Counted from the stretch's first letter, positions 1 to 10,167 are shown. The stretch is DNA of 64,000 bases from an uncultured archaeon (GCA_964498245.1 CAZCGK010000001.1:36581-100580); one strand, 5' to 3'. The notes: generated by a model not told the origin, from the sequence alone. Numbers and translations are program-made.

Positions 1-3000
1 AGGCTGTAGAAACACCTGTTACAAATTCTGCAACATCCCGTCCTGTCCAAGGCTGACCTTTATATTCCTCATCAAAGAAGGGAAGAGCCTCTATCTTTGG
101 GAATCCCAGCATACCCCATACTCCGATGAATACTGAGGTTATGGTAGCTATCATGGAAAGCCAAACAAACTTTTTCACCATGTCCAGACATCTTTCATAC
201 CAGTCCATTAAAGAATTCGCTATATCCAGTGTTTCGTAAAGGGTTTTTCTTATTTCCTTTACGGATGATGTTACTATGTCATACATGCTTTCATATTCTT
301 GAATGGTTGTTATTGGCGGAAGTTGTGCTATTAGTTCTCTCGTGAGGGTTTTTCCCGTTTTTCCATCACGGTATGAAATGAAGAAGGACACGGAATTGTT
401 AATGTAAATGAAACGGTTGTTGGGTGGGTGGACAGAGCATTTTGATTCCTTTGGAACAAACATTGTACAGTTAAAGGTTATGCCTATGTTCTCATCACCT
501 TTCTTTTCACAGAATATATCTGCCAGATTATTTCCGATCTTTCCGTAAACCTCTTCCACACGGAAATTGTAAGGTGTGTTTTCTATATGTGCCTTCACAT
601 TGAGTCTGTTCCTTGTTTCACAGGTCTTAAAGGTAACCGGTGAGGCTGGAGAATCTATAACAAGCTTTATATCATTTTCCTTAATGCATGTTCCATACGG
701 GTCAAGTGTTGGGTCATAATTACAGAATTCCCCGGCAGGACAACCACAATCTATACAGCAGTTTTCGCTGTTTTCACCAAACTCGGTTTCACATCCATAT
801 TCACCGCAATGGAAGATGGGTGTGAGGGTTATGGCTGGAAGTTTTGCAGAAAGTTCCATGGTCCTGGTTCTGCTTCCATCTGGGAAGCTTATAGTGAAGT
901 TCAGGTGGTTATCATCGAATATTATGCCTGAGGATTCGCAATCCGGTTGCTCTGGTACGAGTACTGTACAGTTGAATAATCCGCTACCTGGGTGCTTCTC
1001 CTTGCAGGTTATTGCCGTTCCCGTTTCCCCACCAAGCTGATATGAGTAAAAATCAAGATGCAATCCTGTGGGTGGATTATGTATTTTTGCAAGTATGCTG
1101 ATTTCATGTTCTTTAAGACAATCCTCAAGTTCAACAGGGTTTACGGATTCTATAGAAAGTTTTATTCCGTCGATTGGTCTGCATTCCCCTATACTGTCAC
1201 AGTATTCATCATCAGAATAGCACCCTGCATCCTGACAGCATGTTTCCGGTGTTTCTCCAGAATCTATTTTACCATCTCCGCATAGTTTGGATGGAATGGT
1301 TATTGGATAAAATCCCTCTGAAACAGAAAGTGTCTTTGTTTTCTTCACTGCTCCATCACTGTAAGTTATCTGGAATATGAGTGTGTTTGGTTCAAATTTA
1401 TAATTGAGGTCCGGGCTGTAATTTGTTATGGAGAAGGGGATTGAACAGTTGTATTCGAAATTTTCTGTGGGCTCTGAACATATGGGTGTTCCTGGAGAGA
1501 CCTCACCATTTGTAAGATTCAGCTGGGCGCTGGCGCTTATAAGTACGGTATCAGTTGGTGGATTAAATATCTTTGCAGTAACGTTTATCATGTCTCCGGG
1601 TTGATAATCCTTTAGATAGGATGTTAGATAAATTATACCGAGAGAAATGGCATCTTCGGATTCGCATTCGTGCGTTCCTATATCGCAGTACAATCCTTCC
1701 CCACAGACACAATCATAATTCCATACAATAGAGGAGGAAGGTTGTGAGAGTTCTTTTGTTTCCTGATTCGGACCGTTAAAATAGGTTATTGTTAGTGTTA
1801 TATCCCTTATTTCAGAAGTTTTGCTACCCTTACCGCAACTTACCGGGGGTGAAAGCATGACAGGACATTCATAGGTAGAGGGAGAGCTCTTTGAACATGT
1901 AGAGAGGTATTGGGTATCATCTATTGAAAATGTTGCCTCTGCTGTATCTGATAGTGTGGCGGGAGCATTATTGATTTTCATTGGTATTCTGATCTCGGTC
2001 TGTGAAAGGCAGTTGTCAATCTGAACGGTTACAGGAGGCACTTCTAAGTTCATATCTGCAAGAGCCCTGCATGTGCCTGTGCTTGGTGTGTCTGGACTGG
2101 CATCACAGTATAATCCTTCTTCACAACCACAGTCATAACAGCAGTTTGCGGATGTTTCTCCCTTTGAAAGCTCACATTCACCGTTTCCACATGTGTAAAA
2201 TGGATTAAGGTTAAGTACCACAGGTGATATTATTTTGTCTGAATATTCTGGGAAGAGAAAGTAATAATCTTTGTTTATTGTGTCTATGGTATTTGATTCT
2301 GTAATTGCTGAGGTTGGTTGTGGTGGTGAGGATTCGAGTTCGCTTTGGGAACCACCGATGGCGTATATTTTATCGGCGTTTAAGAGCACAACTTTTTCCA
2401 GCCAGTTAAAGGGTATCATTCCAAAGTTTTCTATATACATTATTATTGGCTGAATATATTCTTCTGCTTTGGAATAAAGATTTACAGAATCAATTTCATC
2501 TTCGGATGTTATGAATATATTATAATCCCTTCTTTCTATTCTTTCCAGGATCCCGGTCCAACTTGAGGTTTCATATGGTCCTTCTAGTTTTACCAATATC
2601 ATGAGATTTGCTACTTCTGGGTACCTTTCTGCGCCTTCTCTCTGAGAGATATCATCCCACGAGTATTCAACATCTGCAAAGGTGTCGTATTCTTCAGGTT
2701 CTAACTGAGAGCACGTAACAGGGTCCAGAACCTTACATTTGTAGATATATATTTTCTTTATGGTATGGGAGAGGCTTGCACTGTTTATTGTAACCCTTAT
2801 TTTTATCTTTGACCAGGAAATGTCACTTGGGTCTCTTACAACCATGACTGCTGTATTGATCATATCCTTAAAGCTGTATTCTATGCTTGCCTGAATTTCA
2901 TCATTGTATATCACTCTAAAAGTGGTTGCTGAAACTATACTCAAATTTAAGAGCATGCAGGAAACCATTACTGCAGTGATCTGTAGGCAAAGCATCCTTG

Positions 3001-3007
3001 CATTCAT
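1..3007 (-). CDS. Giant secreted cysteine-rich repeat protein, partial (C-terminus beyond the window start). Last gene of the prepilin-like operon; putative pilus-associated adhesin.
   Basis: Uninterrupted minus-strand reading frame across the whole interval, read by hand. It is missing from the ORF track because it runs off the window. The N-terminus is MNARMLCLQITAVMVSCMLL, a signal peptide. The body has repeated modules such as CGNGECELSKGETSANCCYDCGCEEGLYCD and CGDGKIDSGETPETCCQDAGCYSDDEYCD. A TM-like stretch lies near position 1. The start ATG (3007-3005) overlaps the upstream TGA stop (3006-3004) as ATGA. Confidence 0.6.
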   Translation of the reverse strand, partial: MNARMLCLQITAVMVSCMLLNLSIVSATTFRVIYNDEIQASIEYSFKDMINTAVMVVRDPSDISWSKIKIRVTINSASLSHTIKKIYIYKCKVLDPVTCSQLEPEEYDTFADVEYSWDDISQREGAERYPEVANLMILVKLEGPYETSSWTGILERIERRDYNIFITSEDEIDSVNLYSKAEEYIQPIIMYIENFGMIPFNWLEKVVLLNADKIYAIGGSQSELESSPPQPTSAITESNTIDTINKDYYFLFPEYSDKIISPVVLNLNPFYTCGNGECELSKGETSANCCYDCGCEEGLYCDASPDTPSTGTCRALADMNLEVPPVTVQIDNCLSQTEIRIPMKINNAPATLSDTAEATFSIDDTQYLSTCSKSSPSTYECPVMLSPPVSCGKGSKTSEIRDITLTITYFNGPNQETKELSQPSSSIVWNYDCVCGEGLYCDIGTHECESEDAISLGIIYLTSYLKDYQPGDMINVTAKIFNPPTDTVLISASAQLNLTNGEVSPGTPICSEPTENFEYNCSIPFSITNYSPDLNYKFEPNTLIFQITYSDGAVKKTKTLSVSEGFYPITIPSKLCGDGKIDSGETPETCCQDAGCYSDDEYCDSIGECRPIDGIKLSIESVNPVELEDCLKEHEISILAKIHNPPTGLHLDFYSYQLGGETGTAITCKEKHPGSGLFNCTVLVPEQPDCESSGIIFDDNHLNFTISFPDGSRTRTMELSAKLPAITLTPIFHCGEYGCETEFGENSENCCIDCGCPAGEFCNYDPTLDPYGTCIKENDIKLVIDSPASPVTFKTCETRNRLNVKAHIENTPYNFRVEEVYGKIGNNLADIFCEKKGDENIGITFNCTMFVPKESKCSVHPPNNRFIYINNSVSFFISYRDGKTGKTLTRELIAQLPPITTIQEYESMYDIVTSSVKEIRKTLYETLDIANSLMDWYERCLDMVKKFVWLSMIATITSVFIGVWGMLGFPKIEALPFFDEEYKGQPWTGRDVAEFVTGVSTA

Positions 3008-4863
3008 TCACTAATCACCTCATCATAAGTTCTTGTACATCCTTCATAGTTGAGATAATCAATGGGTTTTTCAGATACAGGCCCGAGGTTACAGAGCATG
3101 AATAGATTGTTCAATTTCATCATTTCTCCAACCCTTTCTTCCGATTTTTCTATTTCCTTGAAATATTCACCATAGGGCAGATATATGTACAGATCTCCTC
3201 CATCCATATCTTCTGTTATTGTTAAAGGTGTTATGAGTCCACCAGATGCTTTCAGATTATCTACAAGAGTTATATAGACAATGTAATTGCCTACCGGTAT
3301 TCGCGTTATTCGAGCTATGTTTTTATTGAATATTCTGTGATAGATTTTACCTTCATTTACATTGAGGAAATCCATATAAACTATTTCGTTGGTATGTTTA
3401 TCATTCAAAGTATAAACTTCATAAGCAGGTATGGTATAGGTTTGTGAAATAGTGTTGTTGGTGACAAGAGCCTCGAAAAAGTGGAGGTTTATCACAGGTG
3501 TTCTTTTCAAAACTACCTTCATTCCAGCAAGTCTGTTCGATCCCGTGAGGTTGAAATAACGTGCAAAGCCCCTTTTGTAGATTTCGAGAGATCCTATTCC
3601 ACAAGGTGCTTGAGCAAAAACTTTTCCAGAAGAATCTGTTTCACCAAGGCTGCAACCCATAAAGCTCACCAAAGCTTCTCTTACTGGTCTGTTCTCAGTA
3701 TCGACTACGGTTATATCAGCTATGCAGTGGCTCGCTGAGCATAACTCTGAGTGTAATGATTGTTGTAGTGTGATTTGTCCTGTAGAAAGGTCGGGTGGTG
3801 TGTTATTGATTATATAGACTTGTGTTGCAAAATTCAAACTCTTTCTCGATTCTGGATCCTGTACGGTAACTATAGCAGGATAGCTCAGAGAGTATCTTAC
3901 GTATATTGGTTTGGATTGACACTTTCCGATAAATGGTATGGGTTCTGCGTATGCAACGATGGGCTCTGGTGTGAATGAAAATGTAAAGGAATCGAGTTCG
4001 AAATCATCCGGAAGGAAGAACTTTACATCAAGGTCTGAATATGTTTTTCCATTGTATCTCAGTAAAGAAAATTTGGGCGATGCGCTTATGTTCATCGTAT
4101 GAAGCGGGACTTTTTCAGGCATATAGATATTTTCTAAAGTTCTTCTTATAGCATCTTCAACCTTGGGTTTTATATCACTCCATGTTCTTATATAGAAATC
4201 ACCGCATTCTGTAAGAAAGACAAAAAACGGTATCTCGTTTACACCATCATCAATTGGGGAAACCACCATCGTTGTAAGAGTTGAGTATTCAAGAAAGTGT
4301 CTTTTAAGAGAGTCTTTCAGAAAACTCTCGGAAAACTCTATCATCTCTTTAAGCTTCATTGGAACAGAAACTGTGTAAGGTTGAGGAACCGGATAATCTT
4401 TTGCAACTGTTGGCATGTTCACAACTGCTTCAACCCTGTCATCGAGAATATTTACAGCGATAACCTGGGGGTCTCCTAGTGAAGTGAGTATGCCCTCAGC
4501 AGAAGCCGTACTGAAGAATTTATCTTTATGTTCTCTCAAATATTCTTGCAAGGCGTTCTTTATGTTTTCTCTTATATCCGGTATAACAACCCTTCCCTCA
4601 TATTGCCAGTAAGGAACATCCTTTCCGTTAAGCCTTACAGAGCCTAAAGGAAAAGCCTCAGGATTTGCATATCCACCGTGCGCGGTTATATTATTTAACA
4701 CATCGGATAAGGACGCCTTCAAAAAACCTTCAACTGTTGATTTTGCAACTCTTACATCAGGGGACTCTACCGGGAAAAAGGTATTCCACTGGGTGGCTAT
4801 TACAATCATTATCACGATAAAAAGAGCTATTATTATCACAACTTCTGTTTGAGCTTTTTTCAT
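3004..4863 (-). CDS. Large prepilin-like protein (619 aa) with a class III / type IV pilin-type signal peptide
   Basis: N-terminus MKKAQTEVVIIIALFIVIMIVIATQ: a short basic leader, then KA|Q, then a roughly 20-residue hydrophobic helix, as in archaeal type IV pilin N-terminal domains. The stop overlaps the next gene's start. Confidence 0.55.
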   Translation of the reverse strand: MKKAQTEVVIIIALFIVIMIVIATQWNTFFPVESPDVRVAKSTVEGFLKASLSDVLNNITAHGGYANPEAFPLGSVRLNGKDVPYWQYEGRVVIPDIRENIKNALQEYLREHKDKFFSTASAEGILTSLGDPQVIAVNILDDRVEAVVNMPTVAKDYPVPQPYTVSVPMKLKEMIEFSESFLKDSLKRHFLEYSTLTTMVVSPIDDGVNEIPFFVFLTECGDFYIRTWSDIKPKVEDAIRRTLENIYMPEKVPLHTMNISASPKFSLLRYNGKTYSDLDVKFFLPDDFELDSFTFSFTPEPIVAYAEPIPFIGKCQSKPIYVRYSLSYPAIVTVQDPESRKSLNFATQVYIINNTPPDLSTGQITLQQSLHSELCSASHCIADITVVDTENRPVREALVSFMGCSLGETDSSGKVFAQAPCGIGSLEIYKRGFARYFNLTGSNRLAGMKVVLKRTPVINLHFFEALVTNNTISQTYTIPAYEVYTLNDKHTNEIVYMDFLNVNEGKIYHRIFNKNIARITRIPVGNYIVYITLVDNLKASGGLITPLTITEDMDGGDLYIYLPYGEYFKEIEKSEERVGEMMKLNNLFMLCNLGPVSEKPIDYLNYEGCTRTYDEVISE

Positions 4864-4898
4864 AATATTTTTATTTTGTTTTGGAGGTTTTTATATTA

Positions 4899-5417
4899 TT
4901 ATTTCTGAGTTGCAAAGGATACGATGAGCTTTGCTTCTAAAAGATATTCTGTTCCATGATATAATTTTTCAATTATTGTGTTGGCAACCCTTTTGGGGAT
5001 TCTCCTCTCCCTTTCAAGAGAAGGATCTCCAAACTCCAGTTTTAATGCTCCCTTTCCATGAAGAGGTATCCATTCTGAGGATGCAGACCTTACGGTAAAG
5101 AAATATCTCATGTTCTCGTTTATCAATCCCATATATTTTTTCAGGGTTTCGTTTGCAAGTTCCAAGCATGGTTTTGGAGAACCCCTGCACACATAGCTTG
5201 GTGTTAGGAATGCACAGGTTATGAGGTCTGAAACGGTCTCGCACCTGTCTCCGTATCCTGTGTTTGTTTTGAGCACGGAGAGAAGCAGGTTATTTACATA
5301 CAAATCGCTGTATTCTTCTCTTATTACGGTAGAGGAAAGCGAGAGAAGAATTGTTATCAGGCCTAGGAATATCAAAAGCACAACAATCAGCAATATCATG
5401 CTTGTTTGTGCCCTCAT
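4899..5417 (-). CDS. Prepilin-like protein (172 aa)
   Basis: N-terminus MRAQTSMILLIVVLLIFLGLITILLSL (RA|Q followed by a hydrophobic segment). Sits in the same operon. Confidence 0.5.
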   Translation of the reverse strand: MRAQTSMILLIVVLLIFLGLITILLSLSSTVIREEYSDLYVNNLLLSVLKTNTGYGDRCETVSDLITCAFLTPSYVCRGSPKPCLELANETLKKYMGLINENMRYFFTVRSASSEWIPLHGKGALKLEFGDPSLERERRIPKRVANTIIEKLYHGTEYLLEAKLIVSFATQK

Positions 5418-5926
5418 TCATATACACCTACTGTAAGGAGTGCAAGATCGTATTTTTGGGTTATATGTCTGTAAACGTTGACAGGAAAAGTGTAAATATA
5501 TCTTGTAATTCTTTCTTTTTCCAGAGATTTCGATTTACAAAAGCTCCAGTAATTGCAATCAGGGTATACAAACTCTGTGCATTCGTTTTCTTCCTCTCCA
5601 TCAGCAATTTTCACTTCAAAATACCAGTTGCTTCCAAAAATTTTGTTAAGCTCTCTGCATATATCCTTTCCGGAGCTTTCAAGTCTTTTCATGCCCGTGA
5701 GTAATGAATCATCAAATGCAAACCTTTCTTTCACGAAGAATGGAGAAACCATAAGATGCTTTGCAAGGAACAGTGCTCTATCGTCCATTGATCTTGTGCG
5801 TTCAGTGCCTATATGCATAACATTCCACCATCCTAAAAAAAGGACAAGCAGAGCTATTACAAATATCACAAAAAAGGTCATGAATATGTATTCCATTATT
5901 CCTGCTTGTGATTTCATTTCATTCAC
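5414..5926 (-). CDS. Prepilin-like / N-terminally anchored small protein (170 aa)
   Basis: N-terminus MNEMKSQAGIMEYIFMTFFVIFVIALLVLFLGWW. It overlaps both neighbours by 4-8 nt. Confidence 0.45.
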   Translation of the reverse strand: MNEMKSQAGIMEYIFMTFFVIFVIALLVLFLGWWNVMHIGTERTRSMDDRALFLAKHLMVSPFFVKERFAFDDSLLTGMKRLESSGKDICRELNKIFGSNWYFEVKIADGEEENECTEFVYPDCNYWSFCKSKSLEKERITRYIYTFPVNVYRHITQKYDLALLTVGVYE

Positions 5927-7067
5927 ACCCGTTCTTTATAAGGTCTGCATATATGGATTTTGATTCCTCTAGGGCAAGTTTTAACATTTCCATCTCCCCA
6001 TATTTTGTATAGTCATTTCCCGTATGCTTCATAACATTTCCAAGTTTTGAGTACAGCTGATTATAAAGAGGATAACATCTGCAGTAGATGCTCTCGGGAT
6101 TGTGCTGAGGATCGCATCTTTTTTGATATTCTGATCTGAGAATGTATGATTTTTCTCTTACAAATTCAGCAGCGATGGCAAGATTTTTGAGCAGAAGTGT
6201 GTTTTTGAAATGGTAAAGTTTTTCGCCTGAAGATTTTCCTAATATGTCTTCTTCATTTCCTCCTATAATGAGTGCTAGAATGTCTACAGGGTCTTTGTAT
6301 ACAAAAATATCCTGAGATCTTGGTGTATATATATAGCCCATTTCAGGAGAGACGGGTTTTACGCATATTCCCTGTGAAATCCTCGCCTGTCTACAGGATT
6401 GAGATACAGTTACTAGGATATAGTTTTTTTCCAGTGCGGTATTACATGGTGAAGCTTTTGCTCTGTAGAAATCCAAGACTTTGAGAAATGCTTCCCTTTC
6501 GCAGGGTTTTCCGCCACATATGTTTTCCAGAAGGGTATTACCGTCGCAGAATCCAAAGGTGATTTTCACATGGAAATTTTGAGTATCGGGAAATATTCTT
6601 GTCAGGTTTTTCATAATATTCCATGTTTTATCTTCTATATCCTCTGGAATAAAAATCACATGCATCTCTGGAAGTGCTGTTATGAAACGGAATCTCCACC
6701 AACCATAATCGATTTCCTCAGCATCAATTATTGATTCTTTTCTGTCCTCAAAATGAGGAAATATGGGAAGAGATACTGGAGAAATCTCTCCGAAATCGCA
6801 TTTAATAGCAGGAGGCTCGGGTTCATTCCAAGCAATTTCGCAGGAGGAGAAATCAAACATTTTTGTGTCATTGAAAACAACAGGATTACCTGAAAAATAA
6901 ACGCTTTCTGAGGTTTTCTTGAGGTTGTTTAGCACGGTTAAGCTTTGTTTGGTTTTTCCAAATGAAGAATAATCTGAAGCGTATTGAATGAGAAAGAATA
7001 AAATAAAACCTGAAAATATAATACCCAATACCAGCTGAAAAGCCTTATATACTGTTATCATTTTCAA
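5919..7067 (-). CDS. Prepilin-like protein (382 aa)
   Basis: N-terminus MKMITVYKAFQLVLGIIFSGFILFFLIQ (KA|FQ followed by a hydrophobic helix). It has a 4-nt overlap with the upstream gene. Confidence 0.5.
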   Translation of the reverse strand: MKMITVYKAFQLVLGIIFSGFILFFLIQYASDYSSFGKTKQSLTVLNNLKKTSESVYFSGNPVVFNDTKMFDFSSCEIAWNEPEPPAIKCDFGEISPVSLPIFPHFEDRKESIIDAEEIDYGWWRFRFITALPEMHVIFIPEDIEDKTWNIMKNLTRIFPDTQNFHVKITFGFCDGNTLLENICGGKPCEREAFLKVLDFYRAKASPCNTALEKNYILVTVSQSCRQARISQGICVKPVSPEMGYIYTPRSQDIFVYKDPVDILALIIGGNEEDILGKSSGEKLYHFKNTLLLKNLAIAAEFVREKSYILRSEYQKRCDPQHNPESIYCRCYPLYNQLYSKLGNVMKHTGNDYTKYGEMEMLKLALEESKSIYADLIKNGCE

Positions 7068-7588
7068 TCACTTATCTTTTCCACCGAAACCCATTTTCCG
7101 ATATTTTCAAAATACAGTTCCGAACCAGGACCTGCACAGAAATTTTCTTCAGGTAGTATTCTGAGATAGTTTACATGATACCCGCTTTCACCTCCGCAAA
7201 ACGTTATCCACAAGGTGTAATCATTTTCCTTTATCAGGTTTTCATATACAGGGTCGGGTATCCAGTCTCCTGCAAGATTAGGTCTGGGATCTGAGCTGTT
7301 TACAAAACATATTTTTGTATTTTCTGGTATGTTCAGTGTATACACTTCACTAAAGCCCTTTGATTTTGGATAGACTTGATTCTCAACAAGATTTTTTATC
7401 TCTTTTACAGTTTTCTGAATCTGGGCATTTTCACCGGTGCAGAATATATTCATGATGACATTAAAACCGAAAAATATAACAAAGGATATAACTACTATCG
7501 CAAAAATAAGTGCAAATACCATACCTACACTCATGGCTTTCATTTTCTCACTAAATTCTTTTTGATTTTGAAGAATTAAATTATTCAA
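7064..7588 (-). CDS. Prepilin-like protein (174 aa by the ORF track; the real start is probably an internal Met near 7540)
   Basis: The internal sequence MKAMSVGMVFALIFAIVVISFVIFFGF looks like the true class III signal peptide. Confidence 0.45.
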   Translation of the reverse strand: MNNLILQNQKEFSEKMKAMSVGMVFALIFAIVVISFVIFFGFNVIMNIFCTGENAQIQKTVKEIKNLVENQVYPKSKGFSEVYTLNIPENTKICFVNSSDPRPNLAGDWIPDPVYENLIKENDYTLWITFCGGESGYHVNYLRILPEENFCAGPGSELYFENIGKWVSVEKISD

Positions 7589-8186
7589 CTATTTCTATTG
7601 CAAACGAAGCAGAACCATAGAGGCTGGAGGAAGGTGTGGAATATCCTATGGAAGGAGAGGTTGCATGACAATCATTTGCATCTCTATAATTTGTGCATAC
7701 AGCTGCTCTAAAGGAATATATTCCAGGAGGTGATGTAGGGCTTGGTTTGATTATTATATCCACTTTATCTCTTCCATTCGGTTCTATATCAATACTGGGA
7801 GGGGAAAGTGTTATCCATGATTTTACTTCGTCTTTTAATCTCGAAAGTTGAGAAGGATCGAGTCCTCCGCCTATTGCTTCGAGATAAACATTAACGTAAT
7901 ATGTATTGGATTTGTCTGTATCTTCATTTCTTATGCCTAAAGTATATGCACCTGTTTCTCCTTTTTTCCATTTTGTTACAGAAGGTGCAGCAATTCCAAC
8001 CCTTTTGTTCTGTGATGCAAGTTCTTGAAGGAGTTTCTGCATAGCGATATCGGTTGTTTTGTGGGTTATGGTGGAAAGGGGATCGAAAATACCTTGAAGC
8101 CATGTGAGGGATAAGCTCAACAAGATCACTGCAAACACAACAGCAACTATAAAACCCAAACTTAACTGAAACGCTCCCTTTTTCAT
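7581..8186 (-). CDS. Prepilin (type IV pilin-like, 201 aa)
   Basis: N-terminus MKKGAFQLSLGFIVAVVFAVILLSLSL: the canonical KKG|A prepilin peptidase motif followed by a hydrophobic helix. Confidence 0.6.
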   Translation of the reverse strand: MKKGAFQLSLGFIVAVVFAVILLSLSLTWLQGIFDPLSTITHKTTDIAMQKLLQELASQNKRVGIAAPSVTKWKKGETGAYTLGIRNEDTDKSNTYYVNVYLEAIGGGLDPSQLSRLKDEVKSWITLSPPSIDIEPNGRDKVDIIIKPSPTSPPGIYSFRAAVCTNYRDANDCHATSPSIGYSTPSSSLYGSASFAIEIVE

Positions 8187-8232
8187 GAATAATAATTTGA
8201 TAGCAGATACTTATATATTTTAATCAAAATGG

Positions 8233-8700
8233 CTACATTATTCCAACATTTCTGTAAACACGATAATATTCTCTTGTTACCGTTTGATATCCACCGCTTC
8301 CAGATTTTATTTCCAAAGAAACAGTAACGGGCGCATCTTCCGGTGGAGTGTTGTTCCAGTTATCGCAATTTACAGAAAAATCTATATCTGTAACATATTC
8401 AAAGGATCCGTAGGTGTCTGCAAGAAAGGTTTTCAATTCTTTAAGTCTTGTTTTGAACTCTTCACAGTTTTCTGCAGAAGTGAGGGTCTGATTTGTTACA
8501 TCTTTTAGGTTGTTAAGGAGATAAAGATCATTATTGCTTAAAGTTTCTGAAGCGTCCATTGTGGAGTACGCTAAAAGCAAAATCTGCACTGCTGAAATCA
8601 TCCCCGCCAAAAAAATCATCGTCACTATAAACATCTGTGCTTTCCTCATAATCTGTTTTTGTTCCTCAAGAAATAAAAAACCTCTTCGTATTTTAATCAA
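8233..8700 (-). CDS. Prepilin-like protein; the likely start is at internal Met (~8649), giving MRKAQMFIVTMIFLAGMISAVQILLL
   Basis: KA|Q motif and hydrophobic helix. It is the first gene of the minus-strand operon and is divergent from pus10. Confidence 0.5.
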   Translation of the reverse strand: MIKIRRGFLFLEEQKQIMRKAQMFIVTMIFLAGMISAVQILLLAYSTMDASETLSNNDLYLLNNLKDVTNQTLTSAENCEEFKTRLKELKTFLADTYGSFEYVTDIDFSVNCDNWNNTPPEDAPVTVSLEIKSGSGGYQTVTREYYRVYRNVGIM

Positions 8701-8702
8701 GT

Positions 8703-9896
8703 ATGAGTTTCGAAAGGTATGTTAACGAGGAGGTTATTCAGATAGCAAGAGAGATAATTGCACATAGAGAAAGCATATGCGATCACTGTCTGGGAAGACA
8801 ATTCGCCCAGATAGGACACGGTTTTACAAATGCAAAAAGGGGAAGGATTATAAGAAAAATTACAGGCCTGAAGAAAAAACCCGGTTCATGCCCGGTTTGC
8901 AGGGATTTTTTCAAGAACCTTGAAAGGCTTTCAGAGAAAATTGCAGACGCGCTGAAGGGTTTCGAATTCAAAACGTTTGTTGTGGGAACGAAACTTGATG
9001 AGGATTTGATAAAAAGGGAGGAAGCATTATGGGAGGATGTGGGTATAAAATACTGTGAATCCATAAAATCGGAAATAAACAGGGAACTCGGTAAGCTTAT
9101 AGAGAAAAAAACTGGAAAAAAGGCTCACAGGGAAAATCCCGAAATCACCATAACCTTGAACACGGAAGGTATGGATTTCAAGATTGAGCCTGCGTCGCTC
9201 TATATCTATGGTAGGTACAAAAAGCTTGTAAGAGGTATCCCGCAGACCAAATGGGATAAATATCCAGAAACTGTTGAAGATATCATAGCAGAACCCTTTA
9301 TGAAAGAGACTGAAGGAAAAGCACATTCTTTTCATGGAATGGGAAGGGAGGATATAGATGCTAGATGTCTTGATTGGAGACCGTTTGTGCTGGAAATAAA
9401 GAAACCGAAAAAGAGAAATATAAATTTGAGAAAAATGGAAAGAGAGGTTAACAAGTCAAAGAAAGTTAGAATCAGTGATTTGAGGTTCTCTAATAAAGAA
9501 GAAGTTGTTAAGCTTAAGGATGCAAGACCTGATAAAACCTATCGTGTTATTGTAGAGTTTGAAAAATCTTTAAATAAGGAAGATTTAGAAAAATTAAAAT
9601 CTCTTGTGGGTGAAATATACCAGAGAACGCCTACAAGGGTTTTGCACAGGAGAGCAGATGTCCTCAGAAAGAGAAAGGTGAAGGAGATAAGCTTCAGAAT
9701 GATAAACAATAAAAAACTTGAACTCGAAATAAAAGGTGAAGCAGGACTTTACATAAAAGAGCTTGTAACAGGGGATAATGGCAGAACAAGGCCATCGCTT
9801 GCAGAAATTATAGGAAAAAACCCGAAGGTATCGGAGCTGGATGTTATAAAGATACATTGGAAAGAAGGGGAGCGAAAAAATGGTAAGGATGAGTAA
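8703..9896 (+). CDS. pus10: tRNA pseudouridine(54/55) synthase Pus10
   Basis: N-terminal zinc ribbon (CDHC...CPVC), THUMP-like middle region, and a catalytic region with GREDIDARCLDWRPFVLEI. The 397 aa length is typical of archaeal Pus10. Confidence 0.7.
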   Translation: MSFERYVNEEVIQIAREIIAHRESICDHCLGRQFAQIGHGFTNAKRGRIIRKITGLKKKPGSCPVCRDFFKNLERLSEKIADALKGFEFKTFVVGTKLDEDLIKREEALWEDVGIKYCESIKSEINRELGKLIEKKTGKKAHRENPEITITLNTEGMDFKIEPASLYIYGRYKKLVRGIPQTKWDKYPETVEDIIAEPFMKETEGKAHSFHGMGREDIDARCLDWRPFVLEIKKPKKRNINLRKMEREVNKSKKVRISDLRFSNKEEVVKLKDARPDKTYRVIVEFEKSLNKEDLEKLKSLVGEIYQRTPTRVLHRRADVLRKRKVKEISFRMINNKKLELEIKGEAGLYIKELVTGDNGRTRPSLAEIIGKNPKVSELDVIKIHWKEGERKNGKDE

Positions 9897-10167
9897 AGGG
9901 TTTAGGTCTGGAACAAGAAATAAACTCTCGAAAAGCAAGAGAGAAAAGTTTACTGTGGAGAGGTATATAAGGAAATTTGAACCGAACCAAAGAGTTGTTA
10001 TACATCTTGATCCTTCCTCACACAAAGGAATGCCTCATCCGAGATTTAAGGGCCTGATAGGGGTTGTAAAGGAAAGGAGGGGAAGGGCGTACATTGTAAG
10101 TGTAAAAACCGGTAGAAAGGAAAAAATGATTATAGCCAGACCAGAACATTTAAAACCTGCAGGATAA
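9880..10167 (+). CDS. rpl21e: 50S ribosomal protein L21e
   Basis: MVRMSKGFRSGTRNKLSK...RVVIHLDPSSHKGMPHPRFKGLIG is characteristic of L21e. It sits in the conserved L21e-RpoF-DUF655 cluster. Confidence 0.85.
   Translation: MVRMSKGFRSGTRNKLSKSKREKFTVERYIRKFEPNQRVVIHLDPSSHKGMPHPRFKGLIGVVKERRGRAYIVSVKTGRKEKMIIARPEHLKPAG

Noticed and set aside
816-2453. Five plus-strand ORFs of 60-75 aa in the track (816-1040, 1058-1285, 1174-1380, 2002-2208, 2271-2453)
   Set aside because: All lie antisense to one continuous minus-strand reading frame from position 1 to 3007. That frame encodes a coherent signal-peptide-bearing Cys-repeat protein, so the short ORFs are shadow frames.
8649-8703. Starting gene 8233-8700 at the first in-frame Met (8700)
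   Set aside because: That would leave only 2 bp before the divergent pus10 start. The downstream Met at about 8649 yields a canonical MRKAQ... prepilin-type N-terminus instead.
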